64,000 bases of DNA from NCBI GenBank assembly GCA_038318565.1, contig JBBQCI010000006.1, positions 6,792-70,791 of the forward strand. The letters are read 5' to 3'. Source of the DNA: Planctomycetota bacterium (GTDB lineage: Bacteria; Planctomycetota; UBA11346). This document shows, piece by piece, positions 36,136-45,465 of this stretch; the first letter of the stretch is position 1, and every line of letters begins with the position of its first letter. Under the pieces are notes generated by a model, which saw only the letters and a list, made by a program, of their open reading frames with translations, did not search any database and was not told the origin of the DNA. The translations under genes and the position numbers were made by a program.

Positions 36136-38217
36136 ATGGAGGATGACCGCCTCGTTCAGCTAGCGCTCTCGCGCGGCTATGTTTCACAAGATCAGATCGA
36201 TCGCGCCAAGGCCGAGCAGAAGTCGCTGGCTGACCGCGGGATCGATCATGGCGTCTATTTCCTGCTGCAGGACCTGGGCTTTCTCAGTGATGGTGACGCC
36301 CGTGACCTGCGTCGCTCGGTCAGCTCGTCATCGGTTCGTGCCTTGGAAATCGACGGCTTCGTCATCCAGGGGCGCCTGGGCAGTGGCGGCATGGGCGATG
36401 TCTTCCGCGCCGTCCATCCCGATGGCCGTATCTCAGCGGTCAAACTGCTGTCAGCCAAGCTGGCCCGCAGCGAGGAATACGTGCGCCGCTTCCTGCGGGA
36501 AGCCAGGGCGATGCAGCGTTTGTCCCATCCCTACATTGTTGGGGTGCATGGGGCCGGCGAAAGCCTGGGTACTCGCTACATCCTCATGGAACTGGTTGAT
36601 GGTCCCAGCCTCAAGTCGTGGTTGATCGAGAAAGGTAAGCTTGATCCGGCGCACGCCATCCATTTGCTACTGCAGATATCCGAGGCCTTGGCGCATGCCT
36701 GGGGTCACGGCGTGCTGCACCGGGACGTCAAGCCAGCCAATATCCTGCTGGGACCGCCTCGTCCCGGTGTCGCTGAGCCATTCTGCTCCAAGCTCTGCGA
36801 CTTCGGCCTGGCTAGGTTGGGTCCTGACACCGGCGATGCCGACCTGTCGCATGGCGGCCTCACCGGCACCGGGTTGGCTCTGGGCACGCCACACTACATG
36901 AGTCCCGAGCAGGCCAGTGGCGAACATGACGTCGACCAGCGCGCCGACATCTATGGGCTAGGCGCGACCATCTTCCACGCCCTGCTCGGCCAGACCCTGT
37001 ACAGCGGCAAGAGCTCGGCTGTCATCATGTATAAGCAGGTGACCGAGACGGCCGATCTGCAACTGTTGCGCACGGCCAAGATCGACGAGCGATTGGTGTC
37101 GCTGCTCGGCCGCATGCTGGAGAAGCGGCGGGCCCAGCGCATCGGCTCCTGGGACGAGGTGGTCGCAGCCCTGCGTCCGCTAGTGCCGGCCACCGGCTCG
37201 GCTGCCGTCGCGCCGGCAGCGATGCCAACGGCCCAGGTGCCAACCGTTACGGTCCAGCCAGCCCCTTCCCGCCCGCTTCTCAGCGTCCCCACGCCGTTGG
37301 CCGAGCCAATACCGGCCTTCGTGCCGGCGCGGCGCGGGCTGCTGACGCCGCTGGTGATCACGGCAGGGGTGGTCGTTCTAGTGACCATGGCTGCGGTCGG
37401 TTGGTTACTCAGCACATCTGGTGGCGCACCGATCGAGCCAGCCGGTCTTCCGGCTGCACTTGCAGCGTATGCTGCCGCTCCGGAGCCGGGCAGGGTCATC
37501 CTGCTTGCCCCGGGCATCTACTCCGGCCCGCTCCGGCTGGGCACATCCCACCGCGGGCTGCGCCTGCGGGCCTCCGGGGGTGGCGTGGAGATCCGCGCAT
37601 CCGGTGGACCAGCTCTGATCTGTGATCCCGGTCTGATTGATGCGCATCTCGAAGGGATAGTGTTGAACGGAGGCATCGAGACGATCGGTGGCTGTGATCT
37701 GCATCTGACTGCCGTCGAAGTACGGGGCGGCATGACCATCGGTGGTGGCGTGGTAACCGCCGAGCGGATCCGCGTTTCTGAGCGGATTGTGGTGCGTGAT
37801 CGCGGTTCTCTGTCAGTTTCCGCCTCGCAGCTCGATGGAGGACTCGAGGTCGACCGCGCGGATGTCCGCCTGCAACGCCTGGTCATCCGCGGGGTTGTCG
37901 CCGTACGCAATGGTAGCCTGCACGTCGATGGCGTTCGTATCGTCGCTGCTGCGTCTCCTGGCCTTAGCCTGGACCACGCTGCGCTTACCGCCGCAGATCT
38001 CACGATCAGCGCACCAGGCGTCGGCCTAAATGCCCGGGCTAGTGAGGCGACCGAGGTGCGGGGACTCTCCATCGATGGCGCCGGTCCTGCGGTGGTGTGG
38101 AGTGGCGAGCGGCAGCCGACCTGGCACTGGGAACGCTTCGCCCTGGCAACCCCTCCCCAGGGACTGCCAGGACAGGTACCACCCGGCCCTGGCGCCGATC
38201 CGGCCCGTTTGCCATGA
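36136..38217 (+). CDS. Hanks-type serine/threonine protein kinase with TM segment and extracytoplasmic parallel beta-helix-like repeat domain
   Basis: G-loop GRLGSGGMGDV, catalytic Lys in AVKLL, HRDVKPANILL, DFGLA and SPEQ. TM LVITAGVVVLVTMAAVGWLL. The C-terminal about 270 aa contain short G/V/I-rich repeats (GGVEIRASGG, GGIETIGG, GGMTIGGG). Confidence 0.85.
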   Translation: MEDDRLVQLALSRGYVSQDQIDRAKAEQKSLADRGIDHGVYFLLQDLGFLSDGDARDLRRSVSSSSVRALEIDGFVIQGRLGSGGMGDVFRAVHPDGRISAVKLLSAKLARSEEYVRRFLREARAMQRLSHPYIVGVHGAGESLGTRYILMELVDGPSLKSWLIEKGKLDPAHAIHLLLQISEALAHAWGHGVLHRDVKPANILLGPPRPGVAEPFCSKLCDFGLARLGPDTGDADLSHGGLTGTGLALGTPHYMSPEQASGEHDVDQRADIYGLGATIFHALLGQTLYSGKSSAVIMYKQVTETADLQLLRTAKIDERLVSLLGRMLEKRRAQRIGSWDEVVAALRPLVPATGSAAVAPAAMPTAQVPTVTVQPAPSRPLLSVPTPLAEPIPAFVPARRGLLTPLVITAGVVVLVTMAAVGWLLSTSGGAPIEPAGLPAALAAYAAAPEPGRVILLAPGIYSGPLRLGTSHRGLRLRASGGGVEIRASGGPALICDPGLIDAHLEGIVLNGGIETIGGCDLHLTAVEVRGGMTIGGGVVTAERIRVSERIVVRDRGSLSVSASQLDGGLEVDRADVRLQRLVIRGVVAVRNGSLHVDGVRIVAAASPGLSLDHAALTAADLTISAPGVGLNARASEATEVRGLSIDGAGPAVVWSGERQPTWHWERFALATPPQGLPGQVPPGPGADPARLP

Positions 38218-38287
38218 CCCGTCCTGGGCAGCCCAGCCTTGCACGGCGACTCCCCGCGGGCTACACCTTCCTTCAAGCGAGGACCGC

Positions 38288-38659
38288 ATGCCCAAGACCG
38301 TACTGATCGTCGATGACAGCGCGATGATGCGCAAGATCGTCATGAAGAATCTCAAGGACTGCGGTTATGACGTAACCGTGATCGAGGCCGGCGATGGCAA
38401 GGAGGGACTCGATAAGTTCGCCGTAGGTGGTGTCGATCTCGTCCTCTCCGATTGGAACATGCCCAACATGGATGGCCTCACGATGGTCCGTGAGATGCGT
38501 AAGCTGGATCCCGAGAAGAAGGTTCCGATCATCATGATCACCACCGAGGGCTCGGCCGACAAGGTCAAGGAAGCGGTCCTGGCCGGCGCGAATAATTACC
38601 TCGCCAAGCCCTTTACCGCTGAGCGATTCAAGGAAAAGCTCTCCAAGATCCTGGGTTAG
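38288..38659 (+). CDS. cheY: CheY-like single-domain response regulator
   Basis: VLIVDDSAMMRK, DLVLSDWNMPNMDG, MITTEG and LAKPF: a close match to the chemotaxis CheY pattern. ATG at 38288 within the longer ORF. Confidence 0.88.
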   Translation: MPKTVLIVDDSAMMRKIVMKNLKDCGYDVTVIEAGDGKEGLDKFAVGGVDLVLSDWNMPNMDGLTMVREMRKLDPEKKVPIIMITTEGSADKVKEAVLAGANNYLAKPFTAERFKEKLSKILG

Positions 38660-38661
38660 AC

Positions 38662-40095
38662 GTGTCCCAGACCATCCTGGTCGTCGATGACGAGCCAGCC
38701 ATCCGGTTGGCGGTTCGTCGGGCGTTCGCTGACATTGAAGTCCGCGAAGCGGAGACCTGCGCCCAGGCCTTGGATCTGGCCCGCGAATCCTACCCGGACC
38801 TGTGCATTCTTGACCAACGTCTGCCCGACGGCGATGGCCTGACCCTGGTCGCCAAACTGAAGGGCATCGACCCTGACCTGCCGGTTGTGCTGTTGACCGG
38901 CCACGGATCGGTCGACCTGGCCGTCGAGGCCCTCAAGGTTGGCGTGGCCGACTTCCTGGAGAAGCCCTTCCCACTTGAGCGTCTGCGCACCACGGTGCGC
39001 AATCTGCTGGAGAAGCAGTCACTTGGTCGCCAGGTCAAACGCCTGACCGGCAAGGCCGATGGCCGCAGCCGCATGATTGCCCAGAGCACGGCAATGAAAC
39101 GGGTGCTATCCCTGGTCAAACGGGTAGCCGCCGTCCCGGCCACCACCGTGCTGATCCAAGGCGAAAGCGGTGTCGGTAAGGAGTTGGTCGCCAAGGCCAT
39201 CCACGAGCGCAGCGCCCGCGCGGACAAAGCTTTCGTCGCGATCAACTGCGCGGCCCTGTCCGAGCATCTCCTCGAGGCTGAGTTATTCGGCTACGAGAAG
39301 GGGGCCTTCACCGGGGCCGACAGCAAGGGCAAGTCGGGCCTCTTCGAAGTCGCTAGCGGTGGCACCTTGTTCCTCGATGAAGTTGGTGAGATGCCGCTCG
39401 CCCTGCAGACCAAGTTGCTGCGCGCTCTGCAAGAGCGTCGCTTCCGCCGGGTCGGTGGACTCGTCGATGTCGACGTCGATGTCCGAGTGGTCGCTGCGAC
39501 CAACCGCGATCTGCGGTCAGAAGTGGCCGCCGGCCGCTTCCGCCAGGATCTCTATTTCCGTCTGAAGGTCGTGCCGATCCCGGTGCCTCCGCTGCGCGAA
39601 CGTCGTGAAGATATCCTACCATTGGCTGACCATCTGATGGCCCGGCTCGGGCCGGAGCTGGGCCGACCGCAGGCCACGCTCAGCGAAGCCTCCCGTGCAG
39701 CGATGCGCGCCTACGACTGGCCGGGCAACGTCCGGGAACTCGCCAATGCGATCGAACGGGCGGTGATCTGCGCCGAGGCTGATGCCATTCAGCCTGACGA
39801 CCTGCCGATGGACGAGCAGGTCGTGATCCCGGTGCGCGATCAGGCCGCTGGGCTGCGCGCCGCCCATGCGGAACCCGCACCCCGCACTCCGGATCCCGGA
39901 CCGCCGGTAGGTAGCATCATCCTGCCTCCCGAGCTGCGCGACCTCGCCACGGTCGAAGCAATGCTGATCCGCGCCGCCCTGGCGGAATCGGGAGGACAGA
40001 AATCCAAGGCGGCGGAGCGTCTGGGCATCAACCGGACCACGCTGTACAACAAGTTAAAGGAACTCGGCGTCGACGGTTCCGAGGTCTCGTCATGA
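38662..40095 (+). CDS. sigma54-dependent response regulator (NtrC family enhancer-binding protein)
   Basis: Receiver ([23 protein letters not shown]). AAA+ core with GESGVGKE, the GAFTGA loop and FLDEVGEM. C-terminal Fis-type [26 protein letters not shown] start. Confidence 0.9.
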   Translation: MSQTILVVDDEPAIRLAVRRAFADIEVREAETCAQALDLARESYPDLCILDQRLPDGDGLTLVAKLKGIDPDLPVVLLTGHGSVDLAVEALKVGVADFLEKPFPLERLRTTVRNLLEKQSLGRQVKRLTGKADGRSRMIAQSTAMKRVLSLVKRVAAVPATTVLIQGESGVGKELVAKAIHERSARADKAFVAINCAALSEHLLEAELFGYEKGAFTGADSKGKSGLFEVASGGTLFLDEVGEMPLALQTKLLRALQERRFRRVGGLVDVDVDVRVVAATNRDLRSEVAAGRFRQDLYFRLKVVPIPVPPLRERREDILPLADHLMARLGPELGRPQATLSEASRAAMRAYDWPGNVRELANAIERAVICAEADAIQPDDLPMDEQVVIPVRDQAAGLRAAHAEPAPRTPDPGPPVGSIILPPELRDLATVEAMLIRAALAESGGQKSKAAERLGINRTTLYNKLKELGVDGSEVSS

Positions 40096-40832
40096 GCGAC
40101 AGCGGCCCACATCCCATCGTCGTCACGGCCGATTCCAGCCAGCCGCTGACCGAGCGTCGTCGCCTGCGCGCCGAAGTCGCCCAGCTCAAGCCGATGGCGG
40201 AACTCGGCCGCATGGCAGCGACCGTCACGCATGAGATCCGTAATCCGCTCGCTGGCATCAGCGCCAATGCCGAATTGTTGCGTGAAGCGTTGGATGACCC
40301 GCGCGACGTCGAGTTGGTGGACACCATCCTCGGCGAGGTCCAGCGCCTGGGCAATCTGGTCACTGACCTGCTGTACTACTGCCGCGAACGTCCAGCCGAG
40401 GACCGGCCCTTGGATCTCGGTTCGGTCGCCCGCACCATCTGCGATCTGTCCCGTCCGGACGCCGAGGGTGCCGCGGTTACGCTTTCGTGGCACGGCACAG
40501 GCACGGCGCGAGGCGACAGCGAGTTGAGTCGCCAATCCCTCCTGAACGTCGTGCGGAATGCCATCCAGGCCTGTAGTCCCGGTGGAGCCGTCCGTATCGA
40601 GATCGCTGATGGACGGATCGCTGTCCGCGACACCGGCCGAGGTGTGTCGGCTCAAGTCCGCGACACCTTGTTCGAGCCGTTTGTAACCGGCAAGACCCGT
40701 GGGCTTGGGTTGGGCGCGACAGTCGCCAAGCGTTGTCAACTACGTCAGGGTGGCGATCTCGGGCTTGAGGATACCGGACCGGGCGGTTCCACGTTCCTGC
40801 TGACATGGCAGCGAGAACTCGCCAGCCCCTGA
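40092..40832 (+). CDS. soluble histidine kinase lacking an obvious sensor domain
   Basis: H-box THEIRNPLAGI, N-box NVVRNAIQA, and G-boxes DTGRGV and GLGLG. Only about 40 aa precede the DHp domain and there is no TM segment. ATGA overlap with the NtrC-like gene. Confidence 0.85.
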   Translation: MSDSGPHPIVVTADSSQPLTERRRLRAEVAQLKPMAELGRMAATVTHEIRNPLAGISANAELLREALDDPRDVELVDTILGEVQRLGNLVTDLLYYCRERPAEDRPLDLGSVARTICDLSRPDAEGAAVTLSWHGTGTARGDSELSRQSLLNVVRNAIQACSPGGAVRIEIADGRIAVRDTGRGVSAQVRDTLFEPFVTGKTRGLGLGATVAKRCQLRQGGDLGLEDTGPGGSTFLLTWQRELASP

Positions 40833-40851
40833 CTGGATATCGGTTTAGATC

Positions 40852-40874
40852 ACTGTCGACGCGCAGTCTTTTTT
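40852..40874 (+). terminator. weak hairpin followed by T6 run after the kinase gene
   Basis: ACTG..CG-acg-CG.CAGT imperfect stem, then cTTTTTT (40869-40874). Confidence 0.35.
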
Positions 40875-40929
40875 CCTTAACGCTGCGGTCCAAAGACGAT
40901 ATCATCGCCGACACGAGCGAGGGCCAGCC

Positions 40930-41313
40930 ATGCAATCACCAGCCGCCATAAGCAGTGCCGCCATAAGCAGTGCCGCCATAAGCAGTGGCGCCAGCAGTGG
41001 CGCCAGCAGTGGCGCCAGCAGTGCCGCGAATAAGACGCAACTCGCCAGCCAGACGGTGGTCCCACCGCAGGATCCACGCCGAGTTGAGGAGCAGGCTGAG
41101 CAACGTCGCGTCGCATCCGGTTCTTCGGCGTCGTCGAAGCCTGACACCGCCCAGATCTCGCCCCAGGCCCGCGCCTTGGCCGATTCGGAGGGTGCTCCGA
41201 CCAGCGCCACCCGTCAACAGCAACAGGTCGATGAACGCCGACAGCCAGAGCGCCAGCAGGCTGCCCAGCAGAGCCAGGGCTACCAGCAGCAGCGCCTCGA
41301 CATCGTCGCCTGA
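40930..41313 (+). CDS. low-complexity Ser/Ala/Gln-rich protein containing in-frame tandem repeats
   Basis: 127-aa ORF: (AAISS)x3 (GASS)x3 ... DTAQISPQARALA ... a Q/R/E-rich tail. Coding status is uncertain (no strong SD seen; composition is dominated by repeats). Confidence 0.45.
   Translation: MQSPAAISSAAISSAAISSGASSGASSGASSAANKTQLASQTVVPPQDPRRVEEQAEQRRVASGSSASSKPDTAQISPQARALADSEGAPTSATRQQQQVDERRQPERQQAAQQSQGYQQQRLDIVA
40942..41022. repeat. tandem repeats: 3 x 15 bp (GCCGCCATAAGCAGT) followed directly by 3 x 12 bp (GGCGCCAGCAGT)
   Basis: All six units are perfect copies when read directly from the sequence. Both unit lengths are multiples of 3. Confidence 0.95.
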
Positions 41314-41361
41314 ATTGTCGGGCGTCGTGGCTGGGTACGTCGTTCCTCTTCGTCTTGAAAC

Positions 41362-41394
41362 AACAACACCTCGGGCATGGCCCGAGGTGTTGTT
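41362..41394. terminator. perfect 15-bp inverted repeat (3-nt centre) between convergent genes
   Basis: AACAACACCTCGGGC-atg-GCCCGAGGTGTTGTT. A second dyad, ATCCGGAT-c-ATCCGGAT, lies at 41408-41424 next to the EF-G stop. Confidence 0.6.
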
Positions 41395-41430
41395 CTTGGC
41401 TGCATCAGATCCGGATCATCCGGATGGGAA

Positions 41431-43524
41431 TCAAGCCTTCTTGGAGATCGCGGCAACCAGCGCGGCCGGGACCTGCTTGTAATTTGCCGGTTCCATCGAG
41501 TAGCTGGCGCGACCCTGGCTCATCGAGCGCAGGTCGGTGGTATAGCCGAACATGCCCTCGAGGGGCACTTCGCAGCAGATGATCTTGTTCACGCCGCGAT
41601 CCAGCGTCTCGGTGATCATCGCACGCTTGGACTGCAGGCTGCCCATGACGGTGCCGGTGAACTGGTCGGGCGTCTCGACTTCGACCTTCATCCACGGCTC
41701 AAGCACGACACAGCCGAGCTTGGGGAAGGCTTCGCGGATCGCCAGCGAGCCGGCAGCGATGAACGCTTCCTGGCTGGAGTCGACGTCGTGGTACGAACCG
41801 TCGATCAGCTTGATGTGCACGTTGATCGTCGGGAACCCCGAGATGTAGCCACGCTGCAGCGACGAGCGGACGCCTTCCTCGATCGGTCCACGGTATTCCT
41901 TGGGAATCGTGCCGCCGCGGATGCCGTCCTCGAAGATGATTTCGTGGCCGGCCGCGATCTCTTCAGCGGTAAGCGGACGGATCTCCAGGGTGCAATCGCC
42001 GTACTGGCCGCGGCCACCCGACTGCTTGACGTGCTTGCCGCGGATTTCGATCGACTTGGTGATCGTCTCGCGGTAGCTGACCTTGGGCTTGCCGACGATG
42101 GCGTCGACCTTGTATTCGTCACGAATGCGGTGCGACAGCACTTCGAGATGTAGTTCGCCCATGCCCGCGATGATCAGCTGGCTGGTCTCGGGATCGGTCC
42201 ACTTCTTGAAGGTCGGATCTTCGCGTTCGAGGCGGGCCAGGGCGTAGGCCAGCTTTTCCTTGTCGGCGTTCGACTTGGGCTCGATCGCCATGGTGATCAC
42301 CGGCTTGGCGAAGGTGATACCTTCGAGCAGCATCGGCTTGGTGTCGCTGGGCGAAACCAGGGTGTCGCCGGTCAGAGTGTTCTTCAAGCCGACCAGGGCG
42401 CAGATGTCACCGGCCGGGCTGTCGCTGATTTTGTACGGAGCGGCACCAACCAGCTTGACCATGCGGCTGGCGCGTTCTGGCTTGCCCGAGGGCATGCACA
42501 GCAGTTGGTCGCCTTCGTTGATCTGACCCTGGTAGACGCGGACGAACGAGACGTCGCCGAGCTGCGGCATGTTCATGATCTTGAAGACCATGGCGCGTAA
42601 CGGGGCCTTCGGATCGGGCTTGGTCTCGACCGGGTTCGACTTGGTCAGGTCGTCCATCTCGTACTGGGTCATGTTGTGCGACTCGATCGGGTTGGGCAGG
42701 TAAGCCACCACCGCGTCGAGCAGCATCTGCACACCCTTGTTCTTGAGCGCCGAACCGAGCAGCATGGGCTGCAGCTTGAAGTGCATGCAGCCGTGCTTCA
42801 GGCCTTCGATGATCTCGGCGTTGTTCAAGGTGCCGTTTTCGAGGTATTTCTCCATCAGCCCGTCGCTCTCGCCAGCGACCGTCTCGATCATGCGATCGCG
42901 CTTCTTCTTCGCCTCTTCGAGGTGTTCGGCGGGGATGTCGTGCTCGATCTGATCTTCGCCATTCTCACCTTCGAAGGTGTAGAACTTCATCGCGATGAGA
43001 TCGACGATGCCCTTGAAGTCTTCGGCCGAACCGACCGGCATCTGAATCGGGCAGGGGTTGGCTCCGAGGCGCTCTCTCACCTGGTCGACGACGCGTTCGA
43101 AGTTGGCGCCCATGCGGTCCATCTTGTTGACGAACACGAGGCGCGGGACCTTGTACTTGTTGGCCTGGCGCCACACCGTCTCGGACTGAGCCTGGACGCC
43201 ACCGACCGAGCAGAACACGACCACGGCGCCGTCGAGTACGCGGCACGAGCGTTCCACCTCGGCGGTGAAATCGACGTGTCCCGGCGTGTCGATCAGGTTG
43301 ATGTAGATGTCCTTCCAATTGCAGAACACGGCCGCGGCGGTGATGGTGATGCCGCGCTCGGCCTCTTCCTTCATCCAGTCCGTGGTCGAGGCACCTTCGT
43401 GGACCTCACCAATTTTGTGCTTCTTGCCGGTGTAGTAGAGGATGCGCTCTGAAACCGTCGTCTTGCCCGAGTCGATATGGGCGACGATGCCGAAGTTGCG
43501 CGTCTTGAGGAGGTTCAGGGCCAT
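41431..43524 (-). CDS. fusA: elongation factor G
   Basis: G1 [10 protein letters not shown]2 RGITI, G3 DTPGH, G4 NKMD, plus full-length domains II-V (697 aa). Confidence 0.93.
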   Translation of the reverse strand: MALNLLKTRNFGIVAHIDSGKTTVSERILYYTGKKHKIGEVHEGASTTDWMKEEAERGITITAAAVFCNWKDIYINLIDTPGHVDFTAEVERSCRVLDGAVVVFCSVGGVQAQSETVWRQANKYKVPRLVFVNKMDRMGANFERVVDQVRERLGANPCPIQMPVGSAEDFKGIVDLIAMKFYTFEGENGEDQIEHDIPAEHLEEAKKKRDRMIETVAGESDGLMEKYLENGTLNNAEIIEGLKHGCMHFKLQPMLLGSALKNKGVQMLLDAVVAYLPNPIESHNMTQYEMDDLTKSNPVETKPDPKAPLRAMVFKIMNMPQLGDVSFVRVYQGQINEGDQLLCMPSGKPERASRMVKLVGAAPYKISDSPAGDICALVGLKNTLTGDTLVSPSDTKPMLLEGITFAKPVITMAIEPKSNADKEKLAYALARLEREDPTFKKWTDPETSQLIIAGMGELHLEVLSHRIRDEYKVDAIVGKPKVSYRETITKSIEIRGKHVKQSGGRGQYGDCTLEIRPLTAEEIAAGHEIIFEDGIRGGTIPKEYRGPIEEGVRSSLQRGYISGFPTINVHIKLIDGSYHDVDSSQEAFIAAGSLAIREAFPKLGCVVLEPWMKVEVETPDQFTGTVMGSLQSKRAMITETLDRGVNKIICCEVPLEGMFGYTTDLRSMSQGRASYSMEPANYKQVPAALVAAISKKA

Positions 43525-43611
43525 GGGTACTCGCTGGTTGTACAGTCGCTGAGGCTAGTCCGCGCCGGGCCTCCGGCGGGAGGGCGGCAGCATGGCGGAC
43601 AGTACCGGCGT

Positions 43612-44049
43612 TCAAGGACGTTTAGCTGGGCGTTCTGCTGGGACCACTTCCCAATAAGTCCAGCGACGACTGAGCGGGATCAGCCCGGTCGGTTTCTGAC
43701 CGCCGACGACCTGGATCGGGCTTGTTGGTGTCTGGCGATGCAGCACCCCGGCACTGAGTCCGGACGTCTCGGCGAGACGATACCAGGGATTGCCCTGGGC
43801 GTCGACCCCGCGCAGGTCGAAGCGCTCCAGGGCGAGGTGGGGGATCACGGTGGTCTCCGGACGGCCTGAGGGCAGCGCATAACGGGTCAGCAATTCGTCC
43901 CGGCTGGTGACGAAACTACGCAATTCATCGATCGCCGCGCGCCCGATGGCCGCCTCGCGCCCGTCGCTGGTGCTGGTCAGGTACCCGACGATCCCTATCG
44001 CCAGCAGGATGGGCACCAGGAAGGCGCAGGACGAGATCACCCAACGCAT
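43612..44049 (-). CDS. membrane-anchored hypothetical protein
   Basis: Start chosen at MRWVISSCAFLVPILLAIGIVGYL (single N-terminal TM). It overlaps the pgeF 3' end by 13 nt. Confidence 0.55.
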   Translation of the reverse strand: MRWVISSCAFLVPILLAIGIVGYLTSTSDGREAAIGRAAIDELRSFVTSRDELLTRYALPSGRPETTVIPHLALERFDLRGVDAQGNPWYRLAETSGLSAGVLHRQTPTSPIQVVGGQKPTGLIPLSRRWTYWEVVPAERPAKRP

Positions 44050-44693
44050 GTGCCCCTCCAGGCGACCAACATCTGGGGAAAACCTGGACCGTCCCGTCGA
44101 TGGCTGCGCAGGCGAGGGTCGCGCGAGGTGGTGATCCGGGTGCGTGCGACCATGCCGATCCCGCACGCAGCGCAGTCGCTGGCAATGGCAGCGGGCAGAT
44201 CGAGCCAGACCCGTCCGGGTCGGCCGGGCAGCACCGCCTGTCGCGGCCAGGTTCGGGCCTGCAGGACCGGAGCATCGACCTCAAAATCGTCCGGATGCAC
44301 CCCGGGACCGATCAGCGCCTGCCACGCCGTTGGCGGATCAGTGGATAGCGCACGCAGCCGTTCGACCAGAGTCGGCACGATGCCGGCCGCGGTGCCGCGC
44401 CAGCCACAGTGCGCAACCCCCAGGGCATCGCGGGTGGCAATGGCCAGCGGCGGGCAGTCCGATCCGAATACGGCGCAGGCTGTGCCAGAACTGACCAGCC
44501 CGTCACCCGACGAACCGGTCCCGGTAACTGCGTGGATGACCGAGCCGTGGACCTGCTGTATGACGGCTGGTTCCGGGATCCCGTACAAACGGCACCAGGC
44601 GGTACGGGCCGTTGCCAAACGCAAATCGCCATGGCCGGCAAGGCTCATGGCGATCTGGATGTGTCCGGCCAATTGCCAGCGCAGCGGCTCCAT
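44037..44693 (-). CDS. pgeF: YfiH/PgeF family (laccase-domain, DUF152) protein
   Basis: QVHG..., DCPPL, AHCGWRG and a C-terminal C....SHRR-like motif (CGIGMV...RLRSHRRDG) typical of the Cu-oxidase_4/YfiH family. Confidence 0.8.
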   Translation of the reverse strand: MEPLRWQLAGHIQIAMSLAGHGDLRLATARTAWCRLYGIPEPAVIQQVHGSVIHAVTGTGSSGDGLVSSGTACAVFGSDCPPLAIATRDALGVAHCGWRGTAAGIVPTLVERLRALSTDPPTAWQALIGPGVHPDDFEVDAPVLQARTWPRQAVLPGRPGRVWLDLPAAIASDCAACGIGMVARTRITTSRDPRLRSHRRDGPGFPQMLVAWRGTCVG

Positions 44694-44706
44694 GCCGTTG
44701 ACCGGT

Positions 44707-45276
44707 TCAGGGCTTCTTGGGGGCCGACGACGGGGCGATCAGCGCGTGCATGCGCTTGCCTTCGAGGCGGGGCTCCTGCTCGATCTTGCCCAGATCATCC
44801 AAGGCGAAGGCGAAGCGGCGGATCATCTCGATGCCGAGTTCACGGTGCGACAGCTCGCGACCGCGGAACTGCAGCAGGATGGCGACCTTGTGGCCTTCTT
44901 CGAGGAAGGCGCGAGCGTGCTTGACCTTGATGTCCAGGTCGCCCTGGCCGGTACCCGGGCGCAGACGTACCTCTTTGGTATCCGTCTTGTGGGCGTTGGA
45001 CTTGGCCTGGCGTTCCTTCTTCTGCAATTCGAAGAGGTATTTGCCGTAGTCCATGATGCGACACACCGGCGGCTTGGCGTCGGCGGCGACTTCGACGAGA
45101 TCGTAACCGGCGGTGACGGCGCGGCTGCGCGCCTCTTCAACCGTCATGACGCCGACCTGGCCGCCATTTTCATCGATCAACCGGATCTGTACGGCCCGGA
45201 TCTTCTCGTTTACACGCGCACGATTGGCATGTTCGGGAGGCGGGATGGGGATGCGGCTGCGGCGACGTCCGATCAA
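44707..45276 (-). CDS. infC: translation initiation factor IF-3
   Basis: INEKIRAVQIRLIDENG...VEEA...A...GYDLVEV....PPVCRIMDYGKY, and a C-domain KEVRLRP....DL..K...A..FLEEGHKV. No in-frame ATG. The proposed TTG start at 45276 has GGAG 8 nt upstream; an ATC start at 45273 is the alternative. The longer 395-aa ORF is rejected. Confidence 0.85.
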   Translation of the reverse strand: MIGRRRSRIPIPPPEHANRARVNEKIRAVQIRLIDENGGQVGVMTVEEARSRAVTAGYDLVEVAADAKPPVCRIMDYGKYLFELQKKERQAKSNAHKTDTKEVRLRPGTGQGDLDIKVKHARAFLEEGHKVAILLQFRGRELSHRELGIEMIRRFAFALDDLGKIEQEPRLEGKRMHALIAPSSAPKKP

Positions 45277-45465
45277 ACGGGAATCTCCAGGATGGGCGGG
45301 CAGTGTGGAGGATGGGAACCGAGGGGCAAGGTGCTCATTGGGGCACGATGACTCATCTAGACGAGCGTCATGGCCTAGGCTCCGGAGCGGTGCTGTTGCC
45401 TGGTCGACCGCGTCGGCGACGCTTAAACTCTGACGAGCGACTGCCGACCTTCTGGTGCCCACGAT

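Noticed and set aside
40942-41022. Possible CRISPR-like array.
   Set aside because: The repeats are directly abutting with no spacers, are only 12-15 bp long, and have no cas genes nearby. This is a simple tandem repeat.
40877-41223. Minus-strand ORFs with striking HCWR/HCLWR and LLAP/LLMAA peptide repeats.
   Set aside because: They are just reverse-strand translations of the 15-bp and 12-bp tandem DNA repeats. There is no independent coding evidence, and they overlap the plus-strand ORF and the terminator region.
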